Shown here piece after piece: positions 46,150 through 58,372 of a stretch of DNA of 64,000 bases. The number at the start of each line of letters is the position of its first letter. Within the stretch, counting starts at the first letter, position 1. The DNA is from Cyanophora paradoxa CCMP329. Its lineage: Eukaryota > Plantae > Glaucophyta. The stretch spans positions 193,175-257,174 of the forward strand of contig QPMI01000526.1 in NCBI GenBank assembly GCA_004431415.1, in the 5' to 3' direction. The position numbers and the translations under genes are program-made. Below the pieces are notes generated by a model, which was not told the DNA's origin, did not search any database, and saw only the letters and a program-made list of their open reading frames with translations.

Positions 46150-49100
46150 CTAGCGACTGCGCCATTGGTCTATTTGATCTTGTAAACTCTTGCATTTCTG
46201 GGATAATTCTTTAACGGCTTCTATGAGAACAGGAACCAATGCTGTGTATTCAATTGCTAACAACCCATCCTTTCCTTTTCCAACAACTTCTGGTATCACT
46301 TTCTCCACATCTTGTGCTATTAGTCCTAAACAGGTTCTACCATTTTGGGTATCTTTTTTCTTGTAAGACACCCCTTCTAATCTTTCAATTGCTGGCAACG
46401 CCCCTGTTAGCTTCTTAATATCTGTTTTGTATCTCCTATCACTTGCAAGGTATTGTGTCCTTACCCAAAATGTCCCTACATTATCCAACGAAGCCATATC
46501 CCAATCATTTGCATCTCTCCACACACAAACATATGTTCCATGTCCTCTTATATATGTTGTTCCATCACTGGAAAAATAGAAACGGGAATAGCCTTCTGTT
46601 GATGCTAACCATGTGTTATGCGACCATACTGCTGTTCCTGGTTTACTGAACACATTATCCCAACTGATCATCCCATTTGCTGGTGCTGTTCTTCCTACTT
46701 CTTTTGTCCATCCAATCATCCCAATGTGACATCTCCCCTTTCTTGCAATAAATCGAATATGTGAGAAATTCGCACAAAAGAAGGATGTCCATGTTAACCC
46801 ATCATGCCAATTTGAATCGGCTACATTTGAAATATTCTGATAGGTATTTACTCGCATTATGTGATTCCATCTATTGTTTCGATAACCTCCAATATCGAAA
46901 TATCTGCAATTTGTCCAACAGAAATATTGGACATGACATGTTCGCATTCCACTGGGAACTTCCATTTGCATGTAGTCACCACTTGTGGTATCATTTTCGA
47001 TGTTACTATAAAATCCTTCTACTGGATTGTCTGTTGTAGGTTTCCAACCTGTTCCCCAAGATCCTATAAAATAAACAGTCGCACTATTCCATCCTGAAAC
47101 CACATCAAAACTGGTAATATTTCCGATTGAATTAGTGACATCTGTTAACGACAGATAAGATGTAGGAATAGTAGGTTTACTATAAACTTTATTCCAATGA
47201 ATAAAACCGGTGTGTCCACCATATGAACTACTATTAGCTCGATCGTGTGTAAAACCTATTCCCATAATGTGAACTCTTCCAACTTTGGGATAAATACGAA
47301 TGTGAGTAAATCGACCGGCAAGGAAGATTGGGACATTATTAATTCCATTGTGGTAACCGTCGCTATTGCCGTCATGTGGCTGATAGTTATTAACTCTCGT
47401 AATAAATACAGTTGTTGCATTACTACGGACTCCCCAAATTTCAAAATAACGGCAATTATACCATGGTAAATGTGTAAGGAATGCTGTCCCATTTACTAAT
47501 GCTGCTGGGATTGTGTATTGAATCCAAGTAGTTGTAGGAACTGCTGTATCATCGGATTCACTGTTATATGCATAACTTCCATAATTATATCCTGGATCCC
47601 AAGAGTTTCCATATCCAACTATCCAAGTTCCGCTCGATAACTGATAAGCGCCACCTGCTACTGTGTCATCAAAAGCATAACATTTCGGAACGTCATAACC
47701 ATTTCTTTTTAGTGTTGCAACATCTATGGTTGTTGCATTTATAGTAGTTGCTGTAATTGATGCTGCGCTTACACTTGTAGTGACATTTAAACCTCTTCCT
47801 ATCCATAAATTACCATTATTATATGATTTTAATAATGCTAAATCGGAGCCATTGCGAAACTCCACACATACATTTTCAGAGTTTCCATATCCTCGTATAT
47901 ATGTGCAATCATTATTACCGAACCAAAATCTTTCTATATTGTCTGTTGATTTTAACCATGTGTTAGTTGTCCATTTTGCTGTTGCTGGAAGGTCTGCGGC
48001 TGAGTAAAATGACGGTTTGCTAAATATATTATCCCAAGAGATCATGCCCAATTCATTATCTGTTGCTCTCTGTCTGCTCCACCCAAAAACACCTGTGAGA
48101 TGAATGCGACCTTTTCGACCTTGAATATATATCTTTGTGTAAAATTCGCAATTGATAGAAGTGAACAAAATAGTATTATTGGTTCCATCATTATTAACTG
48201 ATTGGATTCCTTGATAATCATTAACTCGTTTTAAGAAATGTTGATATCCATTCACAGTTTGCCCGTAAATATCAAAGTATCTACCATTATACCACGGCAT
48301 GTGCTGGATGTAAAACGATTTCATACCTTCTGGAACTGTCCAACGCATAAAACAAGCGCTACAATCTTCATCATTTTGTGGTGTTGTATAACATCCTGTT
48401 TGTCCGGTTCTTGGTGTCCATCCTAAGTTCCAATTATTTGCGCTCCTGTCTGTCGAAACCACATCTAATTGGTCGAAATCGTAACCTTTTGGTATTGTGG
48501 TTTCACCAATTTGTAGAGTGGTAGCATTCACAGTTCCTGTAATAGTTCCACCTGTTAGAGGTAGATAATTAGCAAGAGCTGACGTTAATTCGGTATCTGT
48601 AACAAAATCTGTAACAGCTAATTGTAATTCTGTATTTGTAACATAATCTTTGTTTTCTAAATAATCATCTGTAACAACACCGGAAATGGTGGTATTGTGT
48701 AAGTTTTTCGCCGCCATTCTCTGATTGACTTCTAAGGCGCCACCTGATGTTGTTTTTATCCACGCCATCTCACATTTCCCGTGATCATCTGTGGGTTGTC
48801 CCACAACAGGAAGGTAGTTTACAACTTTCTCCCTTGTGAAAACTATCTTAGGTCTTGCTCCATCATATGCGCTTTGATCTGTTACATTTACTTGTATCGC
48901 TGCTGAAAAATCCGCTACTTGTCCTGTTTCACCCGGGTGATAATTCGTGACATAGATACTGGGGAAAGTATCATTAATTCCTACATTAAAATCGCCACTA
49001 TACACTCCATTTACGATTGGATCCCTGGGTAATCTTACTGCAAGAGTTCCCACCATCGGTGTGCCGTCTTGACCTGTAAATGAACCATTGAGACTAACAT

Positions 49101-51698
49101 AATGATCATTCAAAATAGCCTTTCAGGTGTATTACTCGATTGGTAAAGTGTGACTCCATTAAAAACGTTTCCGATTGCATTCAATTGGGCAAAAACTGGC
49201 TGTTCGTCTATTTCGTCCCAATTGTGCCTATGTGCAAAATCTGAGATATCCACTTTTGTGTGGGTATGTGCAAAATCTGTAATATCTGCTTTTAGGTGAG
49301 TATGTGCAAAGTCTGTAATATCTGCTTTAAGGTGGGTGTGTTCAAAATCTGTGATATCTGCTTTTGTGTGAGCATGTGCAAAGTCTGTAATATCTGCTTT
49401 TAGATGAGTATGGGCAAAGTCTGAGATATCTGCTTTTGTGTGAGTATGGGCGAAATCTGTAATATCCGCTTTGACGTGTTCATGTGCGAAATCCGTAATA
49501 TCGGCTTTGACGTGTTCATGTGCGAAATCTGTTATTTGATCTTTTGTGTGAGTGTGGGCAAAATCTGTAATATCGGCTTTGACATGAGTATGTGCAAAAT
49601 CCGTAATATCTGCTTTAACATGTTCATGGTCTGAGGGTGGGAATTTTTCGGGTGCGTCAGGGATATTATCCCATCTAAAATAATCTTCTGTTACGACTCT
49701 TGAAATATTTTCGTTATGAATGTTTTTCGCTGAGGCTCTCTGATTGATTTCTAAAAGACCCTCAGGAACTCCACCATTATAATTTGTTTTAATCCATGCT
49801 ACCTCACATTGTTTATAATCATCGCGATCTCCTAAAAGTGTTTCTGCTGCGAGTTGCTCACGGCTAAATATTAATTTTGGTCTTGATCCGTCTAAATCGC
49901 TTACATTAGTCACATTAATTTGTATTGTTGCATCTTTGTTATCATAGTTTGCTGGATCAGATGGTAGAGAAATAAATCCTGCTGTCATCGGGACATCATC
50001 GGGGTAGTAGTTTGTTAAGTAGATTCCTGGTTTTGTATTTTTAATTTCAATTCCACCACCAAGTGGTAATATTACATCCCTTGTGGGTGGTCTAATATAC
50101 AATTCACCGTCCATTGTGGTGCCTGCATCGATTCCCTGACGATTCACATAATAATCGTTTAATTGTAATCTTTCTGGTGTGTTTATATTTTGGTAGAGAC
50201 TCACACCATTGTTAATATCTCCTAATAATACATTTCCTGCTGATGCAAAAGTGGGCTGCTCTCGTATTTCGCTCCAAATATGTAAATGGTCTTCTGGCGG
50301 AAACTCAGGTGGAATTCCATCGATATCGCCCCAATCATGCCTGTGATCTTCAGGTGGATATTTCTCAGGTTTACCCAAGATCTCATCCCAATCATGGTTG
50401 TGATCCTCTGGTGGATATCTCGCTGGTTTGTTGTTGATCTGTTCCCAATCTGGAAAGAACTCAAAAAGCTCCGGTTGTAATCCATCTGGTAAAAACTCCT
50501 CATGGGGTTCATAAGGTTGCTCATAATCCACAACTGGTGGTTCGAGACCATCTGCTAAATATTCCTCATGGGGTTCATAATTCTGTTCATACTGATACTC
50601 TTGTGGATCTAAACCATCGGGTAAATACTCTTCCTCATTTGGGTCGAATTGATCATACTCATACTCTTGCGGGTCGAAACCGTCAGGTAAAAACTCTTCC
50701 TCATCTGGGACAAATTGGTAATCATCAAGCTCTAATATATCGATTTCAGGAGGTAAATACTGTTCATCTATTTGTTTTTTCGGTTCGAAGATAGGTTTAT
50801 TGCGAACTTGCTCCCAACTGACAATATGTTGACCGAAAGGAACTGTCTCATCAGCAACTCGCTCTCGACCAGGTCCATCCGGGATTGGCGGCTTTGGTAA
50901 CCCTGGAAGAGGTGGTATAGGGACAATAGGTCCGAAGTAGTAGTTGAAAATGTTGATAACCTGCTCTTCAGTGCTAACCTTCTTACCATCCTGATAAATA
51001 TTAGTTCCATGAATATTTCTCCACTGCCTGGTGCGAAGCCCTAGGTCATATCTATCATGCAATGCCGGGAGCAGGTGCCTGTCAGCCTCAATCAAGATAG
51101 AGCCGAAGGTGCATCCAGGAATATCGAACCTGGTGGCTGGCTCGGTATCGATTTGATTTACATCAAACCCGAAAAGAAGATTTGCTTCTCGTGCATCGGT
51201 ATATAGTAGATCCCAGGGGAACGGCTGAATTTGTGATGCAAGCACTGATATTGCAGCATCTTCGCCAAGGAGAATTCGCCCAGTGATTTGAGCCGCAGTT
51301 TTGTTTGCGACATCATTTGATTCATCAATTAGACGTAGAGCTGATGTATGGACCCCTCTATCATTTTGGAGCCTAAATATCAATCTACCAGAATCATACT
51401 TGGAGACTGTGCCTGAGGAGGCAATTCGCAGGTGTCGTGGCAACGCCCTGGACCCAATAATTTCAGCAACAAAGTTCTCAGTGGGACCAAGACAGAATCT
51501 CTGTGCAATATCTGGGGCACCAACGTGAGAGTTCCGCAGAATTAATGCAGCTGGTCGACTAAACTCGGTCCTGTGGATGTCACGATCAGCATTGAAGTCT
51601 GCCAAGATGCTTCCAAAAACGCGAATATTAATGAGTCGATCATCAACGAAATCTGGAGATCTACGAAGTGGCACTGGCTTCTTCAAGATGTAGGACAT
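46150..51698 (-). CDS. Giant tail-fibre-like protein (~1850 aa if one frameshift at ~49112 is corrected) with C-terminal peptidase S74 intramolecular chaperone
   Basis: S74: SDRRYKTDI..GLIAQDVEKVIPEVV..IEYTALVPVLIEAVKEL. Fibre motif YLPLTGGTITG; HxH repeats. The junction TPERLF/LNDHYV mirrors the internal copy TPERLQLNDYYV. Confidence 0.85.
49233..49628 (-). repeat. 11 x 36-bp coding repeat HxHxKADITDFA
   Basis: Eleven 12-aa units counted in the translation; 396 bp = 11 x 36. Confidence 0.92.
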
Positions 51699-51722
51699 TT
51701 TTATATAAGCCCCCTTTTAAAA

Positions 51723-53204
51723 ATGAAGGTCATTCTCTCACTATCAGGTGGAGGTGCTCGTGGCATAGTCATTGCCCGAATTCTACAGCGGATTGAGGCG
51801 ATTACTGGGAAAGCAATACCACAGCTGTTTGATTTCTTTGCAGGCACCTCAACAGGGGCAATAATAGCGGCCGGATTGGCGATCCCATCAACTCCAGGCT
51901 CTGTTCTTGCTTACCGATATTCTGCAGGTGATATCTTGAGTCTATATCAAACGAACCTACCTGTAATATTTGCAAATCCGAGATCACTCACAAGCTTGCT
52001 CTCAGGAAGCCGCTATGATGCAAACCCTCTAGAGTCGGTGCTCACAGACGTTGCCCTAGACTACACAATTGCAGAATCGACCAAAGACATATTAATTACA
52101 GCGTTTGATACAGTTCGGATGCAGCCCGTAGTTTTCACCAAAGATGGGCCATACTCGAGCACGCTGATTCGTGATGCAGTTAGAGCATCTTCTGCAGCGC
52201 CAACATTCTTCCACCGAAGGTTCTAGGAGACAAAAACCTTGTTGACGGGCAATTGCCTGTTTGAATAATCCCTCAGTTGCTGCACTCAGCCACGCCAGTA
52301 AAATTTACGATGCAGAAGATCCAATTGTTCTTGTGAGCATTAGCTGTGGTGAAGTCCAAGCCAGTGAGCAATTGACTGCAGGCTTTTCGAATTCGGAGAC
52401 GTCAGGCTGGGGCGCACTGGGCTGGATCCTATCCCTCTCAGGCAGCCCAATCATTTCTATGCTAATGGCTGGTAGCGAGCTGGAATCGCACTTTCAAATG
52501 CAGGAACTGCTTCCAGTTGATGCGGATAGGAATCTAACAAGATACTGGCGTTTAAGTGTTCCACTACCAGCTGCAGTCATGAGCAAGCTTGACGATGCCT
52601 CCCATCGAATATTTCTTATTTGATTTCCACGACTGATTTATGGCTGAAACAAACCGAAATAAATGCTAAAATAAATGCACTCTGCAGCTTTCTACTGGCG
52701 AACTACGACCTACTGAACGATGAGAGACTAATCATATCGTCTACTTTAACAGTTGAGCCGCCATTTGATGTCAACTGGTTTATAATTCCAGATGCAAACA
52801 TTACAAGCAACGACTTTGAGGAATTGCACCCACCTTCTCATGTGCGACCCAACTCAACAGGGTTCCAAGGTGGCACTCTACCTAATCCCTGGATTAAAGT
52901 CGAATTTCCAAAGCCTTTTGAGCTACATCAAATCATTATGTATGGGCCAGCCTTTGCTGCCGGAGTCCTATTTAATTTCAGCATTCTGACCAACTTAGGA
53001 TATGTCCAAGATGGGAGGCTTTTTGAAAATACGGTCCTAGCAAATGTGCTTGCTGCAAACCCATCTATGACAGGCTTCGATCTAATGCATAGTGACTCGC
53101 ATTTGTTCACCCCACAGGTATATAACTATGTGCAAATTATAACAAACGAATTTATAAATGTGAATGCATTCCGGCTTGATTTCCGGGGACGTTACATTAA
53201 TTAG
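51723..53204 (+). pseudogene. Patatin-like phospholipase, frameshifted, probably fused to a C-terminal discoidin/galactose-binding-like domain
   Basis: LSLSGGGARG, FAGTSTG, RASSAAPTFF, VDG..NNPS, YWRL; tail PWIKVEFPKPFELHQIIMYG; pieces 51723-52226, 52261-52623 and 52620-53204. Confidence 0.85.
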
Positions 53205-53347
53205 GCGGCGGCATGAATGCCCAGGAAATCAGAGAGAGTCCAAGACGTGTTGGAATAGTTCTGCCAGATTTATCTTTCTCCCAAAATGGTGCTCCATTAC
53301 GCCTCCCAGTCGCCTCTTAATGTAATTCTCTCTTCGCTGATACCAAG

Positions 53348-53652
53348 TTGGGCGCAGCCGAGGCAGCTTGTCTGCCGACTGTTTCTGGTTGCGAGCTCCT
53401 TTTTGATTCCGTCAGGACCAAATCGGCGGTAAGCTTGCAGAAAACCTAGGTTTGTTTGGGCGCAGCCGAGGCAGCTTGTCTGCCGACTGTGCTTGGCTTA
53501 TCTCCAATCGCAACAAGTGATACTTTTTTGTCCCGCATCAACGGTAAGTACTTTTCAATCTGAGCTATGGGCATCAACTGCGACATTTTTTATATATTGT
53601 GCCAAGAAATAAAACGGGGCGGAGGCACAGCCGAGACTGCTTGTCTGTCGAC
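53348..53652. repeat. Three copies of the conserved hairpin motif in the convergent intergenic region
   Basis: Identical 35-mer ttgggcgcagccgaggcagcttgtctgccgactgt at 53348-53382 and 53456-53490; variant at 53628-53652. Confidence 0.9.
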
Positions 53653-53655
53653 TTT

Positions 53656-54574
53656 TCAAATCAGTTTGAACTGGAGCTCCCCAGACCATGGCAATCCATT
53701 CAGTAATACATCATCACCATCTCTGTCTACAATGCGCAGTCGCAAGGAAGTCAGCACAAGACGCTCTTCGATGGGATCCATTCGCTTTGATGATCCTGAT
53801 TTATATAAACGAATTTGCCAACGTCCTGACTCATTTGAATTCGAGCAAGCCGTAGTTGCACATTGTTTTGGCCCCACGGCGAAGCTTTGAAGCAAATGGT
53901 CGAAGCTCTTCACAGACTAGGAATAGATACTGGTCGCTGTTCATGTCAATTATCTTTGGAAATTCGACAGCATAACCAAGTGGCTCACTCCGCATTCTTT
54001 CGGTGAAGTCCACGCCATATTCAGGGTGTGAAGGTGTTACTGGAATGCCAGCAACTTCGAGATATCGCTCAGCTGCAGTTACTGATCTTTGTCCTCCTTC
54101 AATCACGATAGGAGACAGCTGGAGGGGCTCATTTCGGTTCAGCCCTAGCAGATTCGATAGAGCTTTGAACTGGCAGGTCACTGTGCAGGAACGGTTGCAA
54201 TAAGCAGACATTTTCAGTGTCTCTGGGTCCCGAAACAATTTGAAATATGCTATTACGATTCCCCCCAGTTCAAACTTAAACGATAGGCCAAAGTTGTAAA
54301 GATCTGTTTCGCCCATATTTGCAGTAGTAATTATACCAGGCTCAAAAACTGCCAGATTTTCCGTCCAAATGTTGGGGAAGGTGATCGAAAGATACTCATC
54401 TCTAATGCTCGTGTAAAGGCTGTTTGCGAACTCACACTGGGTAAGTCGAACAGCAACTGGATTGATTATAGGTTCATTTATTTCTAGCACAAAGTTTGCC
54501 TCTGAATCGATTGGCCTTCTGTCTCTACTGTCAAAGCTGAGCCTGACGCAGCGTCGATGCTTGTCTTCGACCAT
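53656..54574 (-). pseudogene. Minor capsid (penton) protein 1 of element 2, frameshifted near 53890
   Basis: LSFDSRDRR..NFVL..IINPVAVRL..FANSLY; the C-terminus LRLRIVDRDG..LNGLPWSGELQF lies in ORF 53656..53913. Confidence 0.8.
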
Positions 54575-54601
54575 TTTTATTCTCTAACTGATATAAAAAA
54601 G

Positions 54602-55557
54602 ATGCCGACGGACTACGTCTGCATTGCAAGCCACCAAGCGGATGAGCTGACATCCACCTCAAAATTTAAAGTAAGACTGCCTAAAGTTTATCAGGATGTA
54701 AAAGCTGTGCGCTTGGTATCAGCTGAGATCCCCAACACAATGAGCACAGTTGATGCACTCGATCCAGCAGAGGATTTAGTGTTTGACACGTATATATATT
54801 GGTGCAAATATGATCCTGCAAATGAGGGACCCGACCCACCTCAGCCAGGTTTTGGAGCCTGGAATAACATTACAATTCCATCTGGAAATTACGACGTCAC
54901 CTCGCTTGTGACAAAGATAAACGAAAGGTTGACGGGGACTGGTATCACGTGCACGTATAATTCAGCAGTTAAATCAATAGGGTTCACAGCTAGCTTCGAG
55001 TTCTTTATTGCTCTGATGTTGGCACCGAACCTGGGTGGGCGGAAATCAGAAACTACCAGGCTGTTGCTAGGGCTCAGCGAACTGCAAAGCTGCTAGGCTT
55101 GCGATCAATTCTACCGATTCGGTCAAAGACATTATCTATAAATACTGAATATATAGCAGGCGCTTATGAGCCTGATGTCACTCCCGATGATCATGTGCTA
55201 CTTCGCATTCCTGAAATTGGTGACCTTGTCAGTATGCCCAATACTTCAATTCCTGGCTTTTTCTCAAAGCTCAGCATTCCCAGCGCCCTCCGTCCAGGCG
55301 AAACAGCCTACTATGATTCAACTGAAGCAACTCCTTTGTATAAGTATGTTTATTCAAAGCTGGACCTGTACTCTGTGACTATTGAGATATACGATTTTAT
55401 GCAGCGAATCGCTGATTTAAATGGAGCTCCTGTGTCATTTATTCTCGAAATTCGTTATGGTCCTGACGAACCCAATGGTGATGTTGTTTACGAACTTGCA
55501 AAACTTCAGCTACAGAAAAGATCGAAGACATATCCTTGGATCAATTCGTCAAACTGA
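54602..55557 (+). pseudogene. Minor capsid (penton) protein 2 of element 2, broken near 55090
   Basis: VCIAS..KFKVRLPKVYQDVKAVRLVSAEIPNT, IPSGNY, HVLLRIPE, VTIEIYD..DLNGAPVSFILEI. Confidence 0.8.
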
Positions 55558-55601
55558 GCTAAGCGGCAGAATTATTTTCTTTCACAGCAATTATATATTC
55601 G

Positions 55602-56978
55602 ATGGATGTCACTCAAAATTTGCAGCGGCTCGGCCTCAAAGAGCTCCTGACAACTCCGCAGGAAGCGAAGGACTTCTTTATGAACAATGAGCTTATGTTG
55701 GGTCTAACGAGCCAAACCAAGCCTGTTCGTGTTGTTGTCAACCCAAGCAATGACTATGGAGACTGCTTCGGTAAACGAGTCACCTACTTCCTTCCCAGAT
55801 ACAACTTCCTTCAGGGGCTCGAACTCCAGTTTACCCTGCCCGAGTTGACAGCATTTACTGGTGACACTGACCTGGTTCGCACTGGTTATTTGCGATCGGT
55901 TGGTGCTCTCGTAAAGCGAATCGAAATCAAATATGCTTCCTACAGCTACATTGTCCCCGAGGACTGGCTTGTTCACAGCGCTCTGATTTTCAATGATGAT
56001 GCTCAGCTTAAAAAGAAGTACCGATCCGGTGGCTGGCTCCATGGAACACCACCTCAGGGGAGCAATCGCACTGGAGGTATTTTCAGTGTAAAAATCCCCT
56101 GTCCCTGGGAGGGTTCTGTGCTTCCGATTGGTGCTCTATCTGGCGAGGTTTCCGTCGAGGTTTGGTTCCGTGATCGTGCCAGGGCTTCGTCGAAACCAGC
56201 TATGGTGGTAGGTTTGTAACAGAATATGCCATAGGCGGTGATGCTTCTAAAGAAGATGGACTTGGGAGCGTGGAGCTGCTGCTGCATCCCCTGCAAACAT
56301 CGGCCAGAATATAACTCCCAATGTTCTCAGTGTCACCCCTGCCAATCGGAGCTTTCGAATCCAAAGATTATTGCTCATTGCATCAACGTTGATGAGGCCA
56401 CTTTTGCCCAGGTGATTGAGAAAGTCAAAACGTCTGGAATCGCAATTCCCGCTACCGATGTCGGCTGGGTTGATGCTGATTCAATTACTTATGCAGGTGC
56501 TGGTGCGCCAACCCGGATTAATCTGTCTCAAATCAGTGGACTTTGCTACGGCCTGTTCGTTAGCATTCGCAAGCAGCCAAACATGAACCAAACTGATGGA
56601 AAACACAGTGTCCTCAAAACCGAGGCTAATGCTCGCGATATCACTATTTCCTGCGAATTGAATGGACAGCGGCTTTATTCAAATGAGCCTGTCCCTCTCT
56701 TGCAAGGTGCCGAACTCATCGCTGATGTCTTCAAGTGCTCCAATCTCGACGCACCTTTGAATAGGTACGTGCTGACTGGATTGCCATTTTGCATTAGTGG
56801 GGATAAATCGATTCGAAATGCTGCTCAAACTGGTTTCGTAGATCTGACGAACTCCAGCAGCTGCTTCCTGAATATCATGAACCCTGCTGCTTACGATGCT
56901 AACAACAAGATTTACGTCCAGGTTCGAGCTCTCCTTCACACTGTACTAATTGTTGATGCTGCGGGTCTCGTAAGGTGA
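55602..56978 (+). pseudogene. Major capsid protein of element 2, frameshifted ~56180-56340
   Basis: LKELLTTP, YFLPRYNFLQGL, YIVPEDW, VKIP..LP, GIAIPATDV, LSQISGL and GFVDLTNSSSCFL match the element 1 MCP. Confidence 0.8.
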
Positions 56979-57006
56979 ACCTCTAATTTCACCGACTATC
57001 TTTTTG

Positions 57007-57700
57007 ATGGATGGGTCAGACGAGCTCGCACAGTTCCAGCCTAGCGATATGAGGGTACCATTCAAAGCCCTATTTATATCGAAGTCCAATAGCGGCAAGT
57101 CTTTCTATTGCACAAAGCATTTACTTAGACTGTTATATCCAAAGATTAATCGAGTCGTTGTGTTTACCGCACCAAATTCAACGGCGAGTATTCTGCAATA
57201 ACTAAAGAGCTTTACGACGATTTTCAGCCCGCCATTGTTGCAGAAATCATTGATTCACAGCGCAATTTGATTGAAAACAAAAAGAAAGCGCCGCAGATAT
57301 TGCTTGTATTGGACGATCTTGTTGCTGCCTCTGAAACTGTTGATCTGCGAAATAGCAAGACTGTAAATCGACTTTTTACGCAGGGCCGTCATTTTAATAT
57401 CAACGATTCTTATGACCCAAAAACAGCATTGAGTCAATCTATAAGATCGAACTCGACTATTGTTTTTTCTTCAGTTATTCAAATCACACCGAACTGGAGG
57501 CAATTTATAGAGAGTTTTCACACCTTCCAAAGGATGAGTTCTTAGCCTTGTTGAAACTGGGCGCACGATTATCAGTGCTAGTCCTGGATGGAACAATATG
57601 ATACTGCCTGGTACGTTGAAAGCTGTGAAGATAAGAGTTTTCGTTTCTCTAAATGGCTAAGACAAGAAGAAGAGTCTAAAAAAGAAGAGTCTTCGCCTGT
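57007..57700 (+). pseudogene. A32-like packaging ATPase of element 2, frameshifted (3' end approximate)
   Basis: SKSNSGKS, ILLVLDDL, LFTQGRHFNI, IRSN across ORFs 57004, 57267 and 57588. Confidence 0.88.
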
Positions 57701-57743
57701 TCATCCAAAAAGAAGCGTTTTAAATCTTATCTTAAGAAAGAAG

Positions 57744-58372
57744 ATGGCAAAAGGATTCCTAAGAAGGGATATCGTGAAAGACGCAAGGTTAATGTTGTTG
57801 AACCACTAGTTGAAAGTGGGTCGACTGAAGGCGCAGCTGTTGCTAATCCTAGCGGGGAACTAGCTAGTGACCCCAAACTAAATGCACCCGTAGCGAAAAC
57901 AATTGCGTCCGCAGCAGCTAACGCAAGTGCGGTTGACGACCGACAAAGCCAGGCTAAAACTGTAAACGAAATGCAGTCTGATATTGATGATGATGCTGCT
58001 AGAATTATCCAAGCCATGGCATCTGAACCACGTTATTCAGGGCCAAAAATCAAGACAGCAACAGTATCAAAGAGTCAGATCGAGGAACTAACAGCTAAAT
58101 TGCGAGATCTCGAGGCTCGATCAGCTAATATCGAATCGTATGTAAAAGACAAGCAAGAAAGAGCTAAGATCCGCGAGATGTTGCGAAGCGAGATTTTTAA
58201 GCACAGACCTGTTGACGTACCGGATTTGCGGTATCTGAAAAATGAAAAAATAAAGGCTTCACAAGTTCTCGATTCTGCCGAAGTAAAGCCAGCAACTCCC
58301 AACGTTTCTGAACCAAATTCTACTGGGTCGCAACTGAAGGGTGCTCTTGGTGGGAGACGGATTCGTCTGTGA
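57744..58372 (+). CDS. Hypothetical viral protein with coiled-coil (probable 5' frameshift)
   Basis: ORF 57971..58372 is open upstream to ~57790; the ATG at 57744 (MAKGFLRR) is in another frame. Confidence 0.55.

Noticed and set aside
49108-49118. Programmed frameshift at CTA TTT TGA in the fibre gene
   Set aside because: A shifty stop of this kind favours +1, but -1 is required; it sits in a T-run within an element full of indels
38757-49628. Diversity-generating retroelement (RT near a fibre gene)
   Set aside because: The RT is an APE-type LINE enzyme, and I saw no TR/VR pair with adenine-specific differences
53348-53652. CRISPR-like array of 35-bp palindromic repeats
   Set aside because: Only 2-3 copies, spacers of 73 and over 130 bp, no cas genes, and the motif recurs singly at gene ends
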